Virus record (IMG/VR): IMGVR_UViG_3300022660_000072
From: an uncultured virus (IMG/VR IMGVR_UViG_3300022660_000072)
Taxonomy: Duplodnaviria; Heunggongvirae; Uroviricota; Caudoviricetes
Length of the DNA: 20,000 nt
Reading direction: 5' to 3' (one strand)
Part shown: piece by piece, positions 15,410-20,000 of the stretch
Position numbering within the stretch: the stretch's first letter is position 1
Layout of the letters: every line of letters starts with the position of its first letter
Position numbers and translations under genes: made by a program
Notes under the pieces: model-generated
Databases searched by the model: none
Told to the model about the DNA's origin: nothing
Seen by the model: only the letters and a program-made list of their open reading frames with translations

Positions 15410-16224
15410 TAACAGGAAAGGTACTCATAGATGGAGTGGACATCAAGTCCACTTACGGAGCATACATAGTCGATGGAGGCTATGATGATGTTCCTGCCTT
15501 CTCTGAAATGAAGGCTCCGGAAAAGAACGAATGGTTCGAGAGCAATGATGTAGAGGTTGACTTGTCTTCTCCATGTGTTGAAAGCCATAATATGTCGTTC
15601 AGATTCATGATGAAAGGAACGATGGATATGCTTCAATCGTTCGTTGACTTCATAATGTCCAAGAGAACCCATGCTGTAGAAATGGTAGACATCGAAAGGA
15701 CACGCACTCTCAGAGTTTTCGATGTAGGAGCAAGCAGGATTTGCTCAATCTGCAACATTAAGGTTGACATGTATGATGATGATCCAAGAGTAGGACTTGT
15801 TTACGTGGAGCCTTCATCCTCTGGGAAGTTGGTTGGATTATCGCTTGACGGAGTGGATGTTTCCAAGTACGGATGTCTGCTTTCAGGAAGTATAGATGGT
15901 CTGTTCCCGGACATCAGAATGAAGGAAAATAAGCTTGAGGAGTCAGACTACAGTGATGGCCAGGAACATTCGAACGAGTCAGGCATTTATGTTGAAAGGG
16001 GCGATGTGAGATTTAGGCTGATTATGAGGTCTGATGACAAGGCTGACTTCTGGAATAAACGTGATGCACTGTTCTTGAACCTCACGAAAGAAGGAGAAAG
16101 GACAATATCATGGAAAGGCAGAGATACAAAGGTCTATTACAAGAGTTGCAACTCTGTAGACTTTGATTACTCAGGTAGAAGCTGGTGGGAGTTTGAATTG
16201 ACATTCGGATGCATAGGAGAATAA
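15406..16224 (+). CDS. Putative distal tail protein (272 aa, internally duplicated)
   Basis: Follows the tape measure with ATGA overlap; two repeats starting GKVLIDGVDIKSTYG and GLSLDGVDVSKYG. Confidence 0.7.
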   Translation: MITGKVLIDGVDIKSTYGAYIVDGGYDDVPAFSEMKAPEKNEWFESNDVEVDLSSPCVESHNMSFRFMMKGTMDMLQSFVDFIMSKRTHAVEMVDIERTRTLRVFDVGASRICSICNIKVDMYDDDPRVGLVYVEPSSSGKLVGLSLDGVDVSKYGCLLSGSIDGLFPDIRMKENKLEESDYSDGQEHSNESGIYVERGDVRFRLIMRSDDKADFWNKRDALFLNLTKEGERTISWKGRDTKVYYKSCNSVDFDYSGRSWWEFELTFGCIGE

Positions 16225-16227
16225 AGA

Positions 16228-19200
16228 ATGATTATATACGATTCATACGATAATGTTTTGTTGGAGACAAAGGTTTCCGACAAGTCAAGTCTTTATTGTG
16301 GTCTTGATAACAAGGATAGGCTCACTTTGCACTTCACTCTTGATAGGCATGTGGAGATTCCTATAGGTGCATGGTGCAACTTCGAAGGCAACAGATATGA
16401 GGTGATGTCAGATGCCGATGTGAAGATGAATCACACGGAGAACTATGACTACACAGTTGTTCTGTCTTCTTACTTTGCCTTGGTGTCAAGATACAAGGTC
16501 TGCAACATGGTTGACAGAAGATTGAAGTTCGATCTTGTTGCAAAGCCTCATGAGCATCTGCAGATGATTGTTGACAATCTTAACTCAAGAGACGGAGGAT
16601 GGTCAATAGGTAACTGCATTGATTCTGTTGAGAAGCTTGTTTCTTACAATCATACAAATTGCGAAGAAGCCCTCGTAAGCATAGCTGATACTTTCAGCAC
16701 TGAAATAGAGGTAGTTGGAAAGGTTATCAGTCTAAAGAAGGTAGAATACTTCAAAGATGATCCGTTGGCTCTGTCGTATGGAAAGGGTAACGGATTCCGT
16801 CCTGGCATACAGAGAACTAGCGTAGATGATGGTCTTCCTGTTCAAAGATTGTTCGTGCAGGGAGGAAGCAGGAATATCTCTCTTAAGGAGTATGGCTCGT
16901 CTGAGCTTCACTTGCCAAAGTTATTGTCATTCAAGTTTGACGGAAACAAGTTCGAAGGAGAAGAAGGATTCGTTGAAAAATATGCAAAGTCGTTCAAAAC
17001 AGATGCAGACGGAATGTCTGTGTCAGTTGATGGAATGACAGGTGGTAGGGAAGACAGCCTTGACTTGAGTGAGGTATATCCTAGCAGAGTATGCAAGGTT
17101 ACAGGAGTAGTGTATATCTTCAAAGGTAATGAGTACACCACCCCGGAATCATCATGGACTGCAGATGATTGGAATGAAGTTCAGATTGACATCATTGACA
17201 ATACCATTCCGGATAGTCTTGATTTCAACGAATGCCTCATGGAAAACAACGAACCCCTTACAGTTGTGTTCCAGTCTGGCATGCTTGCAGGTCGTGAGCT
17301 TAACGCAAACTACCTGTCAGACAAGAAAAGATTTCAGCTCATAAAGCAGGAGTTCGATGGACAGCCAATGCCACAGGATTCGTTCATTCCAAAGGTAGAC
17401 GATTCGTATGCTGTTTTTAACGTGTATCTCCCTGCTTCATACATATCAGATGCTACTACCTATTCAGGTGCAGAGTATGACATCTTAAGGGAGGCTTCAA
17501 GGTATCTTTATGAGAAATGTGTTTCTGAGTTCAATTTCGCAGGAGAGATTGACGGAATGTGGGCCAAGAAAAACTGGGATACCATAGGACCAAGGATGAG
17601 GATTGGAAGCTATGTCAGCTTCACCCATGAGAAGATGTTCCCGGACGAACCTGCATTGGTAAGAATAGTAGGAATCACTCAGTATGTGAACAACCCTCAT
17701 TATCCTAAGATTGAGCTGTCTAACACAGTCGGTTCTTCCACTGTGTCCTCTAGGCTTAACAAGATTGAGAATAAGGATGCTCACGTAGCTGAACTGTATG
17801 AGGAGGCCAGGCGATATACGAAGAGAAGATACACTGACATAAAGCAGACCATTGAAATGCTGTCTGATGCTTTCGATAACTACTCGGAAGGCATCAATCC
17901 TATAACAGTGGAGACCATGCTTGCTGTTGTCGGTGATAAGAGTCTTCAGTATTTGTTCACTCAGTCCCTTGACACTGATGCCCCGTCAGTGTTGGAGTAT
18001 TCGTTCGATCCAAACGATGGAGTGTTCAGTGTATCTGATGCTTTCATCAAGCACATGACACTTGAGATAGACAGCATCAGTCCTGTTCATTCCAACGATG
18101 AATATCTTAGGTGGAATGTGGCTGCTTATGCTTCTGAATCCCTGGAAAAGGATTCGGGATACTATCTGTATGCAAAGGTGTCGAAGGATTCTCAGCAAGG
18201 CACATTTCTGCTGTCGAAGGAGTCGATCAAGCTTGAAGCAGAAGAAGGATACTACAACCTGCTTGTTGGTATTCTCAATGCAGAGGTAGACGGAGATCGT
18301 TCGTTTGCTTCGATGTATGGCTTTACTGAGATTCTGCCTGGTCAGATAACTACAGACACTATCAAGAGTGCTGATGGAAATACTTGGCTTGACTTGCTGA
18401 AAGGCATACTCCACCTCAATAACATGGCAGGTGTAAGTGGTGTCAAGACAGAAGAAAAAGGAGACCAATCCATTGCAGCCTGGTTCGGAGGTCTGATGAA
18501 AGATATTGAACTAGATGATGACAAGGAAAACGCTGCTAAGTCTGTAATAAGGCATGACGGCACCGGCTACTTCGCAGACGGACTGTTCAAGTGGGATAAA
18601 GACAAGGGTATCAACCTTGGAAATGGTGCTATCTGGATTAACTACGATGGTTCGGTAGACTTTGGCGATCAGATTAGGATAGGTGCTTCAGGAGAAGAAA
18701 CCCTCGGCTCACTTTTGACCATTGTAGCCACATTGGCTGACATATGGAAGATAGATGAGGAGACAGGTGATCTTGTCACTGACCGCAATGTTAGGATAGC
18801 CAAGAATGTAATCATCGGAGGCGACATGTCTTCTACTGCTAAAGGTAGAGACGCAGGAGCCGCAGGTGGAATCATCGGAGTAAAGGTAGGAGACGATGAA
18901 TACACAGACATCATTGATGGTCTCCTTAACATGACCGATGCTTTCAAGGACTTGGATGTAGATGTTGACCTGTCGGACTACTACACTAATGAGGAGACAG
19001 ATGCAAAGATTACGGAAAGCCTTATCCCTTATGCTAAGATAGCAGATATTGGTTCTACATACGCTACAAAGACATCGCTTGAAACCTTGCAGGGCGAGGT
19101 GGACAACATCGAAGCTGTCCTCGGAATGGATGAGGAAGCAGAAGGCATCATCAATACTTGGAATGAGGTCAAGGCATTCCTTGACGGATACAGCAGCTCT

Positions 19201-20000
19201 GATGACCTTGCTGCTATCTTGTCTACCATGAATGCTGACATAGCCAAGAGAGCCTTGGATTCCGATCTTGGCACTCTTGCAGGAAGGGTAGGCGTCAACG
19301 AGCTTGCCATAGCCGACAATGCAGGAAACATCAAGAAGAACTTTGATGCTATCGAAGCCCTCACTACAAGGGTCAAGGCAGAGGAGGACATCACCGCTAC
19401 ATACAAGACTTGGTGGGATGACTTGATGTCTCTTATTGTCAAGGATGGAACAAACAACATCAAGATTAACGGAAACCTCATTGTCGCAGGTGACACAAGC
19501 ACAGGAGGAACGGGAAGCAATCCCGAAGTGGCAGGAACACTCATAGGAATCAAGGTCAACGGACAGACCTATGACAACCCTGTTAACGGCATCCTTACCA
19601 TCCCCGACTATCCGACAAGCCTTACATGGTCTGCCATCGAGGGCAAGCCTACGAATCTGACTGAGTTCACTAACGATGCGGGATTCATCACCTCGGCTGC
19701 GTTGGAAGGCTATGCACTCAAGACCGAGATACCTACCACAATGGCTTGGACTGCGATTACAGGTAAGCCTTCCTTTGCTGCGGTAGCGACAAGCGGAAAG
19801 TATGGTGACCTTACGGGAAGACCTACCATTCCGTCTAATACCTCGCAGATTGCCGAGAGCGGCAACCTCTACTTTACCAACGCAAGGGCGGTCTCTGCAT
19901 TGGCTGATACTCTCAAAGACTATGTTACTAAAACGGCACTCGCTTCTGACCTTGGGGAGTATGCTTCTAAGGAGTGGGTAACCGAGAAAGGCTACATCAC
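16228..20000 (+). CDS. Tail hub/spike fused to fibre-like repeats, >1257 aa, 3'-truncated by the window; not in ORF track
   Basis: ATG 16228 (MIIYDSYDNVLLETKV); frame +1 appears open to the window end, which explains its absence from the track. LSYGKGNGF, RLFVQGGSRN, EDSLDLSEVYP and VVFQSGMLAGRE motifs; C-terminal WxxIxGKP repeats. Confidence 0.9.
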   Translation, partial: MIIYDSYDNVLLETKVSDKSSLYCGLDNKDRLTLHFTLDRHVEIPIGAWCNFEGNRYEVMSDADVKMNHTENYDYTVVLSSYFALVSRYKVCNMVDRRLKFDLVAKPHEHLQMIVDNLNSRDGGWSIGNCIDSVEKLVSYNHTNCEEALVSIADTFSTEIEVVGKVISLKKVEYFKDDPLALSYGKGNGFRPGIQRTSVDDGLPVQRLFVQGGSRNISLKEYGSSELHLPKLLSFKFDGNKFEGEEGFVEKYAKSFKTDADGMSVSVDGMTGGREDSLDLSEVYPSRVCKVTGVVYIFKGNEYTTPESSWTADDWNEVQIDIIDNTIPDSLDFNECLMENNEPLTVVFQSGMLAGRELNANYLSDKKRFQLIKQEFDGQPMPQDSFIPKVDDSYAVFNVYLPASYISDATTYSGAEYDILREASRYLYEKCVSEFNFAGEIDGMWAKKNWDTIGPRMRIGSYVSFTHEKMFPDEPALVRIVGITQYVNNPHYPKIELSNTVGSSTVSSRLNKIENKDAHVAELYEEARRYTKRRYTDIKQTIEMLSDAFDNYSEGINPITVETMLAVVGDKSLQYLFTQSLDTDAPSVLEYSFDPNDGVFSVSDAFIKHMTLEIDSISPVHSNDEYLRWNVAAYASESLEKDSGYYLYAKVSKDSQQGTFLLSKESIKLEAEEGYYNLLVGILNAEVDGDRSFASMYGFTEILPGQITTDTIKSADGNTWLDLLKGILHLNNMAGVSGVKTEEKGDQSIAAWFGGLMKDIELDDDKENAAKSVIRHDGTGYFADGLFKWDKDKGINLGNGAIWINYDGSVDFGDQIRIGASGEETLGSLLTIVATLADIWKIDEETGDLVTDRNVRIAKNVIIGGDMSSTAKGRDAGAAGGIIGVKVGDDEYTDIIDGLLNMTDAFKDLDVDVDLSDYYTNEETDAKITESLIPYAKIADIGSTYATKTSLETLQGEVDNIEAVLGMDEEAEGIINTWNEVKAFLDGYSSSDDLAAILSTMNADIAKRALDSDLGTLAGRVGVNELAIADNAGNIKKNFDAIEALTTRVKAEEDITATYKTWWDDLMSLIVKDGTNNIKINGNLIVAGDTSTGGTGSNPEVAGTLIGIKVNGQTYDNPVNGILTIPDYPTSLTWSAIEGKPTNLTEFTNDAGFITSAALEGYALKTEIPTTMAWTAITGKPSFAAVATSGKYGDLTGRPTIPSNTSQIAESGNLYFTNARAVSALADTLKDYVTKTALASDLGEYASKEWVTEKGYI

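Larger units (their letters stand above)
1..20000 (+). mobile_element. Segment of a Bacteroidales siphovirus-like phage/prophage (accessory early cluster plus head-neck-tail module)
   Basis: Canonical order of scaffold, capsid, connector, tail tube, chaperone, tape measure, distal tail and tail spike. Dense co-oriented small ORFs, TAnnTTTG promoter motifs and no SD sequences. No integrase or att site in the window, so prophage versus virion cannot be decided. Confidence 0.95.

Noticed and set aside
1664..19559. Numerous minus-strand and alternate-frame ORFs in the track (e.g. 1714-2076, 3167-3484, 7325-7642, 13777-14217, 17986-18468, 19029-19559)
   Set aside because: All overlap longer, coherent plus-strand phage genes and have Ser/Leu-rich antisense-shadow composition.
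1..20000. Stop-codon reassignment as in some gut Bacteroidales phages
   Set aside because: Long genes are intact in code 11, and TAG, TAA and TGA all terminate genes immediately before the next start.
1..20000. CRISPR array, tRNA, DGR (RT/TR/VR), intron/intein, IS or invertible region
   Set aside because: No regularly spaced repeats, cloverleaf, RT motifs, adenine-variable repeat pair, transposase or interrupted core gene seen by eye; a DGR could lie beyond the window.

Overview
The whole window looks like a tailed, siphovirus-type phage or prophage of a Bacteroidales host. The host call rests on TAnnTTTG-type promoters and the absence of Shine-Dalgarno sequences. Essentially all genes are on the + strand. 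Bases 1-5755 hold about 18 small, tightly packed early/accessory ORFs, six of them below the ORF-track cut-off, including a RadC/JAB-like protein that has lost its HxH metal ligands. Bases 5980-20000 are a morphogenesis operon: scaffold, head decoration, major capsid, connector, head closure, HK97-gp10-like, tail terminator, tail tube, chaperone, tape measure, distal tail, and a >1257-aa tail spike/fibre ORF that runs off the window and is missing from the track. The most interesting signals are non-coding. (1) An AGTAAGT(TATG) motif precedes many start codons. (2) The leader of the structural operon contains CTTTCATAACTTACT, the reverse complement of that motif plus ATG. It can mask the scaffold's own start region in cis and pairs at least as well with several early-gene starts in trans, making it a candidate RNA-based early/late switch. 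(3) A type I toxin-antitoxin-like cassette at about 4117-4386 has a 19-aa peptide in a nested RNA structure, covered by an antisense unit with its own promoter and terminator. Protein calls come from motif recognition and synteny by eye, not database searches.
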